Assembly: GCA_038728965.1 (NCBI GenBank)
Contig: JAVYSX010000004.1
Location: 1,309-65,308, forward strand
Source: Thermoplasmatales archaeon
Lineage (GTDB): Archaea; Thermoplasmatota; Thermoplasmata; Thermoplasmatales; GCA-001856825
Reading direction: 5' to 3'
Length of the DNA: 64,000 nt
The first letter of the stretch is position 1. Each line of letters starts with the position of its first letter. The position numbers were made by a program, and so were the translations under genes. The notes beneath the pieces were generated by a model. It worked only from the letters and a program-made list of their open reading frames with translations. It did no database searches and was not told where the DNA came from. Below are positions 18,468-28,908 of this stretch, in pieces.

Positions 18468-19364
18468 TTATTTTCCACTACCTTTCTTCCAGCCCCTCGG
18501 ATATACACCTTTATCTATGAGGACGACCACAGGTTTGATATTCTCCCCCACCCGGACCCCCATCCCGAGCAGTTCGCCCCTCGGGCTCATTATCCTGACT
18601 GTTTTGCCCTCTCCGTCATCCTGAATTATACCAGTCCTAAATATTGAGGCACCGTGTGCCATCGCGTCGATCGCACTCTCCTTCACCACTACGGTTTTGT
18701 AATCTTTTGTGACCACTTCAGGATCGATTATGATTGAGGAAAGCATTGTCGAATCTCCTTCCCTGTATAACGTTACAGCATCCTTAAGCTTCTGGAGAGT
18801 GACCATAGAAGACTCGTCAAGTGGCCCGCTCCGAGTACGTCTTAGCTCCACAAGGTTGGCTCCAATGAGGAGGGCGTCTCCTATGTCTCGGCACAGTGTC
18901 CTTATGTATACCCCTGATTCAACCTCTGCCCTGAAAAGGACGTAGCGACCGTTCATCTCTAAGAGCTTTAGGGAGTAAATATTTCTCCTTCTAAGATTCC
19001 TCGAGACAGCGGACCTCAGGGGCGGAAACTGATAAATCTCTCCGGTAAATTCCTTCATCATCTCTTGTACGGATTCTCTCCCAATGCTCTGGTGAAAAAT
19101 CATCAGGGCAACATACTCCTTACCCTGCTCGTGCAAGAAATCCGCGAGCCTTGTTGCCTTCTCAAGGCCGACAGGGAGGACACCCGTTGCATTGGGATCT
19201 AATGTTCCGACGTGGCCGGCCTTGGAAACACCCGTTATACTCCTTACCCAAGAAGAAACCTGATGGGATGTTGGCCCCCTGGGTTTGTCAATAACTATGA
19301 AACCGTACGACAGCCTTTCCTCAATGCTCCGTTCCTCCGGACTTTTGCCAAATACCCAGGGCAG
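18468..19364 (-). CDS. cbf5: H/ACA pseudouridine synthase Cbf5; probable CTG start
   Basis: IDKPRGPTSHQV and the catalytic GHVGTLDP lie upstream of the called TTG (19136). The frame closes at a TGA inside GGAGGTGA, and a CTG follows 6 nt after that SD. Confidence 0.92.
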   Translation of the reverse strand: MPWVFGKSPEERSIEERLSYGFIVIDKPRGPTSHQVSSWVRSITGVSKAGHVGTLDPNATGVLPVGLEKATRLADFLHEQGKEYVALMIFHQSIGRESVQEMMKEFTGEIYQFPPLRSAVSRNLRRRNIYSLKLLEMNGRYVLFRAEVESGVYIRTLCRDIGDALLIGANLVELRRTRSGPLDESSMVTLQKLKDAVTLYREGDSTMLSSIIIDPEVVTKDYKTVVVKESAIDAMAHGASIFRTGIIQDDGEGKTVRIMSPRGELLGMGVRVGENIKPVVVLIDKGVYPRGWKKGSGK

Positions 19365-19887
19365 AGATAATCACCTCCACGACGTCCTGAGCACTTATGT
19401 CGCTCGAATCAACAATACTGTTGTAGATAGATTTGTCTGAATAATCTATGCCGTAATACTTGCGATACCTCTCCGCCTCGCTCCTTTCCCTCTCCCTAGT
19501 TTCATTCAGTACGTTCCTCCCCTTTTCACCCGATCTTTCGCTCATGGATGCAATTATCCTTGCAATACGTACATCTTCCCTCGCATCAATAAACACCTTG
19601 AATGCCTCTATTCCGTTGAGGTAGCAAAGCCAACCGGCAAGTCTCGATTCAACGATTATGTTATCCTTCTGCCTCAGGACAGTGAGGAGATAGTCATCCA
19701 TTGATCTGTCTATTTTATCTTGTTCTTCCGCAATTGAGCCTAGCTCCGAAAGACTAATGTTCATTCTTTCTGCCCATTCCCTGAATATCCTACCCCCAAC
19801 AACTAGATCCATCGAGAGCCTGCTGCTGAGTATTTCTGCCACCGTTGTCTTACCGCTACCCGGAGGACCCGATATAGTTATCCTCAT
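19321..19887 (-). CDS. cmk: Cytidylate kinase
   Basis: ITISGPPGSGKTT, ESRLAGW and RYRKYYGID motifs. Confidence 0.94.
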   Translation of the reverse strand: MRITISGPPGSGKTTVAEILSSRLSMDLVVGGRIFREWAERMNISLSELGSIAEEQDKIDRSMDDYLLTVLRQKDNIIVESRLAGWLCYLNGIEAFKVFIDAREDVRIARIIASMSERSGEKGRNVLNETRERERSEAERYRKYYGIDYSDKSIYNSIVDSSDISAQDVVEVIISALGIWQKSGGTEH

Positions 19888-20578
19888 TCCTAACCCTTCT
19901 TCTCAGGTAAAACATCTTAAGACCGTACTGAAAAGGATATGTAAAAACGATGGAAAAAAGGGAATACAGACCAATCCAGGCGTAAAAGCCGAAATAGAGG
20001 TGCATCAAGCTTCCTGTTCCAAAAGGTGATCTTGCCATTATACTCGGGAGCGTTTCTGCGTGGGCCATGAATCCGATGAGCCAGGCAAAAATAAACACCG
20101 TGAGTATAAGCGTTGCGAATGTCGGCTTCATCTGCTGGGTTGTGTACTTCATAGATTGTTGCATGTAGCGCTGCTGCTCTAGCCTAATCGCATCAAGCTC
20201 TTTCTTGTTCCTTGTCCTCATTGCTTCCCTGTATCTTTCGGAAAGTTTCCTGTTCCTGAACTGCATTTCAGCCATTCCAAAATAATCCGTATAGAAGTGC
20301 CTCGCTATTGTGTTCACGAAACCAGTCACGAGAGAAGCTATCAGTATGGTGAATATAGGTTCGGAGTAGTTAAAGCCTATCACCGGCTGGAGAATGTAAG
20401 TCATGGGAATGGCGAATATATCCCTCAGACCTTTTACAGTGTATACGAAAAGGAGGAGTATCATAATTACAAAGTAGAGCATCTGCGTCCTCATCGTAGA
20501 CTGCATTGCCTGGCGCTCTTCTTCAGTCTGCTGGGGTCTCTGTGGAACATTTGCGCGGGATGCTGGTTTTTCGCTCAT
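19856..20578 (-). CDS. DUF106 / EMC3-TMCO1 (Oxa1 superfamily) membrane insertase
   Basis: TM, coiled coil, then QMKP...; conserved position after adk. Confidence 0.85.
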   Translation of the reverse strand: MSEKPASRANVPQRPQQTEEERQAMQSTMRTQMLYFVIMILLLFVYTVKGLRDIFAIPMTYILQPVIGFNYSEPIFTILIASLVTGFVNTIARHFYTDYFGMAEMQFRNRKLSERYREAMRTRNKKELDAIRLEQQRYMQQSMKYTTQQMKPTFATLILTVFIFAWLIGFMAHAETLPSIMARSPFGTGSLMHLYFGFYAWIGLYSLFSIVFTYPFQYGLKMFYLRRRVRNEDNYIGSSG

Positions 20579-21132
20579 TTCACACCCTCTCCCGCTATTG
20601 CTTCAATGATTCGCCTAGTGGCTTCGTCAGCCTTTCCGTCCTCGTTAAGCACTATAAGAAGTGGTGCTCCTGTGAGGGCGGAATAGGAAAAACCGTAATT
20701 CCTATTGGCTTCGAGGTGCTGTCTTATCTTTTCAAGGGTATCTTTATCCCTGTTCCTTCCTGTGTCCTTCCTTCTCCTCTCGAATATCTCCAGAGGATCC
20801 GCCTCTATCGATATCAGTAGGTCGGGATTCAGAATGCTCAGAACGCTGTACGGAAGACCTGGAAGATAGCCTGAATTTGTGACTATAGAAAAATGTGTGT
20901 CTACGACAATATCCTTAAATGATGAAATCTTTCTTGCAGCCAGAAATTGTATTTCTTTCTGCAAATCTACAGAGAGCTTCCTTATATCGTCCCTGGATGA
21001 TACAAATCCCCTTTCCTTTGCCTCAAGAAACATTATGTCGCCATAATTCTCAACAGTGATCCCAGAACCCTTGAGGCCTTTAAGAACCGTCGTCTTTCCC
21101 ACGCCAGGTATACCACCTATGATAACTTTCAA
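20575..21132 (-). CDS. adk: Adenylate kinase, archaeal type
   Basis: GIPGVGKTTV, NYGD, VDTH and GYLPGLP motifs. Confidence 0.95.
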   Translation of the reverse strand: MKVIIGGIPGVGKTTVLKGLKGSGITVENYGDIMFLEAKERGFVSSRDDIRKLSVDLQKEIQFLAARKISSFKDIVVDTHFSIVTNSGYLPGLPYSVLSILNPDLLISIEADPLEIFERRRKDTGRNRDKDTLEKIRQHLEANRNYGFSYSALTGAPLLIVLNEDGKADEATRRIIEAIAGEGVK

Positions 21133-22887
21133 CTACAACCCCCCGAAGAAGTCCCTCATGAATGGATACATTTCAGTAAGCTGCTCCTTACCCATCGCCT
21201 GGTATAGCTGTATAACAATACCTACTGTAAGGAGGACGCCCGTCCCGGAGGCGTTGCCAACAGTACCTATAAGATCAGCTGAGGCAGCCAATGCTCCCAC
21301 TGCAGCCCCGCTGAATATTGTTATCGCAGGTATATATTTATCAAGGACACGCTTCAAAACTCTTGGATCCCTTCTGAAGCCAGGGATTTGCATGCCGGAG
21401 CTCTGTATCTGCCTGGCCACCCCCTCTGAGTTCATATTCGTCGTTTCTATCCAGAATTTGGCGAACATTACCGAGGCACCCACCATGAAAGCAACGTAAG
21501 CAAGAACGTGAACACCCATTTCCCACGGGGTATGATTTATCAGCTCTGGCTGGTAGGCCGAAGGTTGAAGCATGGGAAAGAGCCAGTTTGCAATCCCGTT
21601 TGGATTGGCGAGGTACCAGGCAAGACCCCCTATGGGGGTTGTTTGCTGTATGTTGAGTGACTGCGCAAGAGATGCGGAAGGATAAGCACCGAAGAAGAAG
21701 TCGTGGCCGAGAATCGGTATCTTGGCCAGTGTTGGGTTTGTCCAGAATAGAAGAGACCACATAGATAGGTTTGCAAGTACTGCTGCAGCAAGAATAACTG
21801 GGATGTTAGACGCGTACATTAGCTGTATCGGATACCTCCCCCTCGCCCCTCTTGCCCTTTCATGAGCGAGTGGAAGTTCCACTTTTACCGACTGGGCCCA
21901 GACGACAAGGAAGAATATGAAAATAGTACCTATCAGGGCTATCAGTGGATTCGGCGGTGAGAATATTATACGCTCGAGACCTCCTGAAAAGAGCTGGGCA
22001 GAACTGAACTGATGCAGAAGGTAGAACGTCTTAGGGAGAGCTCCGGATGGCGGGTTTAAAATTGAGAGTGCTTGACCGGATGTTATAGGAACCCAATTAA
22101 GAGTTCCAAGTACGAGCGCCTGAGAAACCCCGGCTGCAATGAACAGTGATACTCCGGAACCTATCCCCCATTTAGACACGACCTCGTCCATCAGGAAGAG
22201 TAGGTAAGAACCCATAAAGACCTGAAGAACTATTATGATCCTCGCAAGCATCAGACCATACCCCGGTATCGCTGAATTGAAAGCGGAAACTATAGCTGGA
22301 TCAGGAGGTAGATAACCGAATACCTGCGGTATCGCTTCTATGAATATCATCACAATTACGAGAAGCTTCTGTGCTCCCTGGTACAGGGCTTTATCCTCCG
22401 ACTTCGTCAGATCTATATTGATAATCTTAGCACCAACGAAGAGCTGCATGACTATGCTAGCCGTGACTATAGGCCCTATACCAAGGTCAAGAATTGAACC
22501 GGCTTGTCCAGCAAAAATCGATCTGAATGAGGCGAAAACGTCAACAATCTGTGATTTTTCGAGGCCGTATATGAATATATTTGACAGGATGAAATATATT
22601 ATGAGGATGAGGGCAGTCCACAAGAACTTCTCCTTAAACCTTACGTGCCTCCCAGGTTTCCTCACAGCTGGAAGCCTCTCAACAAGGTTCTTCCACCCAT
22701 AAAGTTTTGATCCTTCCCCCCTGTATGACACAAGGAGGTATATCAGGTAATACAGAGGAGCAAAGAAGAGAGACTCAATTACTGTGACTCCAACAGAGTA
22801 ATGAGAATATCTGTAGAGGATGTATACATTCAGAGCGTAGAGTAAGATAAGGGGAAGAGCTGTGAACTTATTCCTCTTTATCTCCAT
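21133..22887 (-). CDS. secY: Preprotein translocase SecY with N-terminal extension
   Basis: LGIGPIVTASI, GIGSGVSLFI, YASNIPVIL and IPGFRRDP motifs. Confidence 0.97.
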   Translation of the reverse strand: MEIKRNKFTALPLILLYALNVYILYRYSHYSVGVTVIESLFFAPLYYLIYLLVSYRGEGSKLYGWKNLVERLPAVRKPGRHVRFKEKFLWTALILIIYFILSNIFIYGLEKSQIVDVFASFRSIFAGQAGSILDLGIGPIVTASIVMQLFVGAKIINIDLTKSEDKALYQGAQKLLVIVMIFIEAIPQVFGYLPPDPAIVSAFNSAIPGYGLMLARIIIVLQVFMGSYLLFLMDEVVSKWGIGSGVSLFIAAGVSQALVLGTLNWVPITSGQALSILNPPSGALPKTFYLLHQFSSAQLFSGGLERIIFSPPNPLIALIGTIFIFFLVVWAQSVKVELPLAHERARGARGRYPIQLMYASNIPVILAAAVLANLSMWSLLFWTNPTLAKIPILGHDFFFGAYPSASLAQSLNIQQTTPIGGLAWYLANPNGIANWLFPMLQPSAYQPELINHTPWEMGVHVLAYVAFMVGASVMFAKFWIETTNMNSEGVARQIQSSGMQIPGFRRDPRVLKRVLDKYIPAITIFSGAAVGALAASADLIGTVGNASGTGVLLTVGIVIQLYQAMGKEQLTEMYPFMRDFFGGL

Positions 22888-23314
22888 CTATTTCTACCTC
22901 TCCCCCGGCGCTCCTTATTTTTTCGATAGCGCGATCAGTGGCCCTATTCACTAATATATAAAAAGGCCTGCCAACCTGCCCCCCTCCCAATAGGACCCCG
23001 TAACCCATTTTTCTTAGATCCAGGATAATCTTATCGTTCTCCACCTTTATGTCCCCGTTCTGGACCAATCTATTAAATGACCTATCCAATTCCCCAACGT
23101 TTATAGCGTCAATCTCCCTTTTTTGAGAGTGCCTAACGAAACCGTGAGAACCGTAGTGTTCTGGCTCGTACTTGACCATCCATATCCACCTGTGCTTCCC
23201 GAGACCGGCCATGCCTTTTCCGCCCCTCTTGCCTTTGCCCCTGCCTGCCTTCTTCCCCCTTCCGTAAAGGGTACCCCTATACTTCTTAGTCTTTGGCTTT
23301 ACCAATTTCACCAC
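22868..23314 (-). CDS. rpl15: 50S ribosomal protein L15 (uL15)
   Basis: GKRGGKGMAG and AINVGEL motifs. The start is probably the TTG after GGAGGTGA. Confidence 0.95.
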   Translation of the reverse strand: MVKLVKPKTKKYRGTLYGRGKKAGRGKGKRGGKGMAGLGKHRWIWMVKYEPEHYGSHGFVRHSQKREIDAINVGELDRSFNRLVQNGDIKVENDKIILDLRKMGYGVLLGGGQVGRPFYILVNRATDRAIEKIRSAGGEVEIDGDKEE

Positions 23315-23768
23315 CTGCCAGCATTCTATCTATGAGGCTGTTTATCGCGTTCCCCCTGTACCCAAGGTCCCCCCGCATTGAATACGGCTTCTTTGTTGAT
23401 CTATAACCACCCTTTGGTGGATTCATCCTGAACACTGGTTTTATCTCGGGAATATCTCTGATCCTTAAGTTACCGTCCATCAACCTGGATGCCATTTCTT
23501 CGAACGAACCGAATCCAAGTTCCTTTAAAATACTATCGGAGATTGGCTTACCGCCTGCAAGTTCACCGCGCTCCTTTAGAAGCTTTACAAGGTGCTCCTC
23601 GTCAATCTCTCCCCAAGTTATATAATCCTTGGCCTTCTTCAGCTGACCTAGCTGGGACTGGTCTACTAGGACGAGGTGGTTGTTCCTGTTTAGGCGCAAC
23701 TCCTTGAATGCCTTCTTTATTCCAATTTCAGTCTTATTGCTTCCCCTGATTTTGATTGCCGCTAACAC
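23286..23768 (-). CDS. rpl30: 50S ribosomal protein L30 (uL30)
   Basis: [20 protein letters not shown] and LGYRG motifs. Confidence 0.95.
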   Translation of the reverse strand: MLAAIKIRGSNKTEIGIKKAFKELRLNRNNHLVLVDQSQLGQLKKAKDYITWGEIDEEHLVKLLKERGELAGGKPISDSILKELGFGSFEEMASRLMDGNLRIRDIPEIKPVFRMNPPKGGYRSTKKPYSMRGDLGYRGNAINSLIDRMLAGGEIGKAKD

Positions 23769-24420
23769 TCATAACACCTCCTTTATAAATGGGGGTACTT
23801 AACACCAACTTGCTGTTGATCTTGAATCTTACAGTTTCTTTTAACGCGTTGAATGTTGCGTACGCAAAGTTAACTGTGCTCTTTGTATGACCTTCTGAGA
23901 ATCCCCAAGTATCCTGAATACCGGCCATAGCAAGTACCTTTTTTGGTATGTCCCCTATTGCCAGTCCCACACCCTGGGGGGCCGGTTTCAGGTAAATTCT
24001 GACTGACCCCGACTTCCCCATGACTTCAAATGGGAGTGTATGGCTTCTGCCGCACCCGCACTCCCAGGAGCCGCAACCCCTCTTTATCTCTATGATGTTT
24101 AATTTGGCGTTCTCTATTGCCTTCTCAATGGCATCCCCTGTTTCCCTCGCCTTGGCGTGTCCCATGCCAACATACCCATCCCTGTTACCAACCACGACAG
24201 TTGCAGCGAACTTCACCTTCCTCCCAGAATCAGACATCTTCTGTACCATCTTTATTTCAATTACTTCGTCCTCCAGATTCGGGAGGAGGGTATCTACGAT
24301 GCCGGGTTCCCTTATTGGAACGTGCATCGCAATTACTTCAGCTATTGATTTCAACTGCCCTTCCTTCACCATCTTGCCCAGCCTAGTTCTCGGAACCCAC
24401 TCAATTGCTTCTTTCGTCAC
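23734..24420 (-). CDS. rps5: 30S ribosomal protein S5
   Basis: WVPRTRLG and [11 protein letters not shown] motifs. Confidence 0.97.
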   Translation of the reverse strand: MTKEAIEWVPRTRLGKMVKEGQLKSIAEVIAMHVPIREPGIVDTLLPNLEDEVIEIKMVQKMSDSGRKVKFAATVVVGNRDGYVGMGHAKARETGDAIEKAIENAKLNIIEIKRGCGSWECGCGRSHTLPFEVMGKSGSVRIYLKPAPQGVGLAIGDIPKKVLAMAGIQDTWGFSEGHTKSTVNFAYATFNALKETVRFKINSKLVLSTPIYKGGVMSVSGNQNQGKQ

Positions 24421-24911
24421 AGTGATCCCTCCATCATTTTTTTAACCTCTTCAACTCCCTTCTCGTCCACGGTCCTTAGATGTTTCCCGAGTATTCTTGA
24501 TTCATCTGGAAACAGTTTTTCATCAAATGGAACTGTAAGGCCCGCATCTCTCAGTCCCTTGACGCAGCTCACTAACCTTGAGCCTTCAACAACGTTCTGC
24601 AATCCCAGATCAACAATTACCCTTTGTATCCCCTTCTTCTTTGCGCGGAGACCAGCCAGGTATCCAGCGAGATAAGCTGCGGGTGTGTTGCCGGTGGGGG
24701 CCTTCCACCCGAATTTCTTCAGTTCAGCGGTTGATGCATGGATCAGTACCCTGTCACCGCCCTCGTTGAATTCCGTTATATCTATGAGTGAATGCTGAAG
24801 TGACCTCCTTATGACGGCCCGCGGAATACCGCTCTTAATGAATGCGAGTCTCTTGGAATAGTCTGTTTTCAAAAGGCGTCTCCTTTTCAAAGGCATCACG
24901 TATCTGGTCAT
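24417..24911 (-). CDS. rpl18: 50S ribosomal protein L18
   Basis: RRR..KTDY.KR and [10 protein letters not shown] motifs. Confidence 0.96.
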   Translation of the reverse strand: MTRYVMPLKRRRLLKTDYSKRLAFIKSGIPRAVIRRSLQHSLIDITEFNEGGDRVLIHASTAELKKFGWKAPTGNTPAAYLAGYLAGLRAKKKGIQRVIVDLGLQNVVEGSRLVSCVKGLRDAGLTVPFDEKLFPDESRILGKHLRTVDEKGVEEVKKMMEGSL

Positions 24912-25369
24912 GTGGAACCACCTTTCAGGACACCTGCATCTTTCATGTGGAGGAGCATGTCACCCTTGCTCCTGAATATTCCCCCCTTAATTCTCCTGTA
25001 ATAGCTTCTGTAGTCCTCTTTCGATATTTTTCCTGAGTCCCGGAGTTCCCTAAGAGCTGTCCTCATTCCCCTTACTGTCTTCACCCACCTTTTCTTTCTC
25101 GGCTCCCTTGCATTTCTCGTACCTTTCCTGGAACCTTGCCCCTTCCTTCTTCCCTTTTTCCTCTGTGCATTGGTTGCCCTGATCCTCCCCCTAGAATTCC
25201 CTTTCTTCTGTTTTCTCTGTATAACTTTTCTTTTTATCAGGCGCCTGACATCATCTTTAGTGACGGCTTCTGAAATTTCTTCTATACTTTTCGTATCCAT
25301 CCATACCCTACTCATTCCGACCTTCATAATCTCCGCAGCCATTCTCTTCTGACCCAGCAAGGTCACCAT
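24908..25369 (-). CDS. rpl19e: 50S ribosomal protein L19e
   Basis: QKRMAA..MKVG..RVW and GQGSRKG motifs. Confidence 0.97.
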   Translation of the reverse strand: MVTLLGQKRMAAEIMKVGMSRVWMDTKSIEEISEAVTKDDVRRLIKRKVIQRKQKKGNSRGRIRATNAQRKKGRRKGQGSRKGTRNAREPRKKRWVKTVRGMRTALRELRDSGKISKEDYRSYYRRIKGGIFRSKGDMLLHMKDAGVLKGGST

Positions 25370-25765
25370 TTATTTCACCTCGTTGAGAACTCTTATTCTT
25401 TTCTGTTTAGCCTCTTCCTGTATCTCGATCCTCTTTCTTCTCCCCACCGCTGAGCTTATCCTAACTGCCTGCGTGGTCCCGTCGATCCCCTCCAGATCTT
25501 TAATGTTGGTAACGTACCTCTCTTCAAAACCTGACGGGTGGAGTCCTCTGACCTTTCTAGGGCCCCGGTAGCCGGAATCAACGAATGCCTGCCTGTAACC
25601 TCTCTTTTCCCTCAACTTAGAATGCTTCCCTCTGGGTTTTCTCCAGCTATCGCCTAACTTCCTATATCTGAACCATTCCTGCCTGTGGAATTCTGGCCTT
25701 TTCCTGTTCATCCTATTCCTGATATTCAGGAGTCTCTGAGTGTCCTTATCCAGATTAGCCTTCAA
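25370..25765 (-). CDS. rpl32e: 50S ribosomal protein L32e
   Basis: WRKPRGKHSK and RGLHPSG motifs. Confidence 0.97.
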   Translation of the reverse strand: MKANLDKDTQRLLNIRNRMNRKRPEFHRQEWFRYRKLGDSWRKPRGKHSKLREKRGYRQAFVDSGYRGPRKVRGLHPSGFEERYVTNIKDLEGIDGTTQAVRISSAVGRRKRIEIQEEAKQKRIRVLNEVK

Positions 25766-26315
25766 TTATATCACCTTTCTTAACGATGTATATTCCATCC
25801 TGGAATACCCTGGGGTCAAATCCCTTTATCTTGCTCATCCTCTCTATCTTGGCTGCAGCATTTCCAAGGATTTCGAGATTGCACCCCTCTATGGTTACTA
25901 TGTCCCCCTTAACGGATACTTTCACGTCACTAGGTACGGAAATAACCCTAGCGCTCTTCTCCCCCAAAAAGTTATCGAGCATTACCTGATTCCCCTTAAC
26001 AGTAACTTTGACGGGGAAGTGGGCATATACTATCTTCATCGTATACACAAATCCCTTGGTTACGCCAATGAGAGCACTTTCTATGATACTCCTCCAGGTT
26101 CCGACGATTGCGAGATCAGGCCTTTTGTCCCTCAGGAGGTATATGTTGATCTTACTGTCCTTTATATCAAGCTTCGCGTATTCGTACTTGAAATTTTTGA
26201 GCACCTGACCTTTTTTACCTTTTATCTCGAGCGAATAGTTATGGAGAGCGACGCTAACACCTTCAGGTATATCCAGGGGGATCACCCTAATTGGTGTTTC
26301 AGTAGACGAACGCAA
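25755..26315 (-). CDS. rpl6: 50S ribosomal protein L6 (start uncertain)
   Basis: IPEGV, YAHFPV, NFLGEK and DPRVFQDGIY motifs. Confidence 0.95.
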   Translation of the reverse strand: MRSSTETPIRVIPLDIPEGVSVALHNYSLEIKGKKGQVLKNFKYEYAKLDIKDSKINIYLLRDKRPDLAIVGTWRSIIESALIGVTKGFVYTMKIVYAHFPVKVTVKGNQVMLDNFLGEKSARVISVPSDVKVSVKGDIVTIEGCNLEILGNAAAKIERMSKIKGFDPRVFQDGIYIVKKGDIIEG

Positions 26316-26682
26316 GTGCCCTCCCCCCTATGCCTTTTTTCTTAGCCTCTGAATTGCTAACGACCCCTGCTGTGGTTGTAATTACCAGTATACCTATATC
26401 TTGCGCTGGAAGGTACCTCGATTCCCATTTTTCCATTTCATCCTTCTTTATTGAAAACCTTGGCTTTATTACACCGCAGTTGTTTATGGTCCTTGATATC
26501 CTCACACGGAACAGACCACCCCTTCCATTTTCTTCATACTCAAATTCCTCGATGTAACCGTACTTCTGGAATATTTTCAGCACGTGCCCTACTAGGTTGG
26601 ATGCCTTGACATCGACCTCTTCCCTTCCTAGTTTGCTTGCGTTACGTATTGCCACCAGTGCCTCGTTCAATGTATCTCCCAT
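26299..26682 (-). CDS. rps8: 30S ribosomal protein S8
   Basis: INNCGVIKPRF, YLPA and GIGGRALAFVY motifs. Confidence 0.96.
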   Translation of the reverse strand: MGDTLNEALVAIRNASKLGREEVDVKASNLVGHVLKIFQKYGYIEEFEYEENGRGGLFRVRISRTINNCGVIKPRFSIKKDEMEKWESRYLPAQDIGILVITTTAGVVSNSEAKKKGIGGRALAFVY

Positions 26683-26692
26683 TTCAACACCC

Positions 26693-26854
26693 TCACGAAA
26701 ATTTCCTGAAACCCAGTTCCGGTGCTATCTCCCTGAAACACTGCCTGCACAGGTGCAGTCCGTAGCGCCTTATGATTCCCCTCTTCCTACCACACCTGTC
26801 GCATCCGTCCTTCCTGCCGTATTTCTTCTTCGGACTGAGTTTATTCTGAGTCAT
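26693..26854 (-). CDS. rps14: 30S ribosomal protein S14 (Zn-binding)
   Basis: Not in the ORF track. Manual translation: [53 protein letters not shown]. Confidence 0.96.
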   Translation of the reverse strand: MTQNKLSPKKKYGRKDGCDRCGRKRGIIRRYGLHLCRQCFREIAPELGFRKFS

Positions 26855-27414
26855 CAGGATACCTCCACAATTTCTACCCCGTAGTTCTTCCTCATAAAAT
26901 CCATAATTTCATCTCTTGTCACCCTGAACTTTACTGGAATCGGATGTCGTCGGAGCCTCCTTCTGGATACTCTGTAACCACCCCTCCTCTTGAACGTGAT
27001 TACGACGTCCATACCGAATATTCCAATTTCAGGATTGTATTTCATGCCCTTGAAATCTGTGTAATCTGATATCCCAAAACTGTAGCTGCCCTGGCTAGAG
27101 AATGAATAGCTGAGACACCTGTTATTCTTGACCCAGAGTGCCGCCCTTAGAAATTTGTCCATCTTATCACCTCTCAATGTAACTTTTACCCCGATATCCT
27201 GCCCCTTCCTTATACCGAACTCCCTGTTTGTCCTCTTTGCATAAGTGACTATCGGTTCAGCACCGGTGAGCAGCTTCAGCACACTCTTCGCCTTTTCTAG
27301 CTTTTCACCCGCTTCCCCTACGCCTATGTTCACGGTTACCTTATCTATAACGATATCTCTCATATCCATCTCACTCACCACCTGGAATAACGATATCGGC
27401 CCTAGATTTTCCAA
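26854..27414 (-). CDS. rpl5: 50S ribosomal protein L5 (true start probably near 27370)
   Basis: [17 protein letters not shown] and IGIFGMDV motifs. Confidence 0.96.
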   Translation of the reverse strand: MENLGPISLFQVVSEMDMRDIVIDKVTVNIGVGEAGEKLEKAKSVLKLLTGAEPIVTYAKRTNREFGIRKGQDIGVKVTLRGDKMDKFLRAALWVKNNRCLSYSFSSQGSYSFGISDYTDFKGMKYNPEIGIFGMDVVITFKRRGGYRVSRRRLRRHPIPVKFRVTRDEIMDFMRKNYGVEIVEVS

Positions 27415-28075
27415 GGACGAAGACGTTGGAGATAGTCGTCATAAAATTGTCCACGCTTTCGACCGTGTTCTCCTGGTAGCTCCTTGAGACGTTCACATCC
27501 CTGATCGTTGTGATAGTACCCATATGAGAGCCACCAGTCACGTAAATAGCTGTATCCTTTGCAAGGGGGTAAATTTCCAGCACCTTTTCATCGGGAATTG
27601 ATATCTTTAGGGTGTCACCCCTTCTTATTCCGGTGCTTTGTGTGAGTAAGACCCTGCCGTCGTGAGTAGCCATCTGTACCCTGCCACCCTTTATTATCTT
27701 TTTTCCTGTGACCTTGACAAGCTTCCATCCCGCGCTATCCGGCTGTATATCCGCGAGGACCATTAACCCCTTTCTGTTTAGAAGAACCCTCTTGTATGCA
27801 CCTAACTCCTTCACTGCAATGACATCCATGAAACCGACCGGCCTCTGATAATCTCTTACAACTTTTCCGTCGATCTCCACCTTCCCCCTGGATATTATAT
27901 TTCTAGCCTCCTTTGAGGTGTCTGCGATCTTCATTATATCCCTTATTATCACCATAAGTGGTACACTTTCGTCCTTCGGATGCGGGCCGGACCTGGCCAT
28001 GACAGACCATACAAATTTCTTCCTAGGCTGTTTCCACGTCGTCGGGGCAGCTAGCCTCTTCAGATGCTTACTCAT
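27371..28075 (-). CDS. rps4e: 30S ribosomal protein S4e
   Basis: HLKRLAAP, GPH and PVGFMDVI motifs. Confidence 0.96.
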   Translation of the reverse strand: MSKHLKRLAAPTTWKQPRKKFVWSVMARSGPHPKDESVPLMVIIRDIMKIADTSKEARNIISRGKVEIDGKVVRDYQRPVGFMDVIAVKELGAYKRVLLNRKGLMVLADIQPDSAGWKLVKVTGKKIIKGGRVQMATHDGRVLLTQSTGIRRGDTLKISIPDEKVLEIYPLAKDTAIYVTGGSHMGTITTIRDVNVSRSYQENTVESVDNFMTTISNVFVLGKSRADIVIPGGE

Positions 28076-28499
28076 TCGATTTCACCTCTTGATCCTCGCT
28101 GGAATTTTGAGTGTCTTCTGTCTTCTCTTCACTTCTATTTGATGATTCGGGTTCCTCTTCAACAGTCTTATTCCTTATCGAAGCCAGTCTGGCAAGCCTG
28201 TCCTTTCTCCTCTTATCCTCAAGATCAACTTTTGTGATAACCAGCGCGGACGGGTCTATTTTCCTTGGCTTCATCTTTCCATCTGCTTTTGAAATATTTA
28301 TGTTCTCTACTACTACCTTTTTTTCATTCTTGAGTACCTTTATTACCTTCCCTTCCTTTCCCATTACATTCAGCTTCTCGTCCTTATCTCCGTCCCCCTT
28401 AACTATCCTCACCAGGTCCCCCTTTCTGACAGGGAACCTTTTAATACCGTAACGGGAAGTCAGATCCTTTGATAAATGAATAACAATATCCTTCATCAT
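28068..28499 (-). CDS. rpl24: 50S ribosomal protein L24 (uL24)
   Basis: PVRKGDLVRIVKG and KADG motifs; operon position. Confidence 0.93.
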   Translation of the reverse strand: MMKDIVIHLSKDLTSRYGIKRFPVRKGDLVRIVKGDGDKDEKLNVMGKEGKVIKVLKNEKKVVVENINISKADGKMKPRKIDPSALVITKVDLEDKRRKDRLARLASIRNKTVEEEPESSNRSEEKTEDTQNSSEDQEVKSNE

Positions 28500-28505
28500 T
28501 CCACC

Positions 28506-28904
28506 TCAAACTATAGAGCTGGCCAAGGCCGCTACTCTGGGCCACCTCTCTGCCGCCTCCTTCGCTACAGGACCCTTGATCTCGGTCCCTCTGGTTTCCC
28601 CGTTGTCTTGAACTAGCACCGCAGCATTATCTTCAAATTCCACCATCAATCCATCCTGCCGTCTAAAAGTTTTCCTCTGTCTTATGACAACAGCATATAC
28701 AACCTTCCTTCTCATCTCTGGTGAGCCCTTCTTTACAGATGCAATTATCATATCGCCTACGGATGCCGCGGGAACGCGCCTCTTCGTGTTGTGGTACGCC
28801 TTAACATTGATGAGCGACAACACCTTCGCACCGGAGTTATCTGCGCACTCAAGCCTTGCACCAAGTGGGAGACCCCTAATTTGCTTACCAGCCAGCCCCT
28901 TCAT
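28506..28904 (-). CDS. rpl14: 50S ribosomal protein L14
   Basis: CADNSGAK, FEDNAAV and GPVAKEAAERWP motifs. Confidence 0.97.
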   Translation of the reverse strand: MKGLAGKQIRGLPLGARLECADNSGAKVLSLINVKAYHNTKRRVPAASVGDMIIASVKKGSPEMRRKVVYAVVIRQRKTFRRQDGLMVEFEDNAAVLVQDNGETRGTEIKGPVAKEAAERWPRVAALASSIV

Positions 28905-28908
28905 ATTT

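Noticed and set aside
26274-26315. Possible fourth non-canonical start: AGGGTGAT-CCCC-CTG in rpl6
   Set aside because: In-frame TTG (26315) and GTG (26285) are available, so a CTG start is not required; ambiguous.
28068-28499. uL24 lacking the usual basic N-terminus and carrying an acidic tail
   Set aside because: The start has a good SD directly after rpl14; likely lineage-level variation with no sign of recoding.
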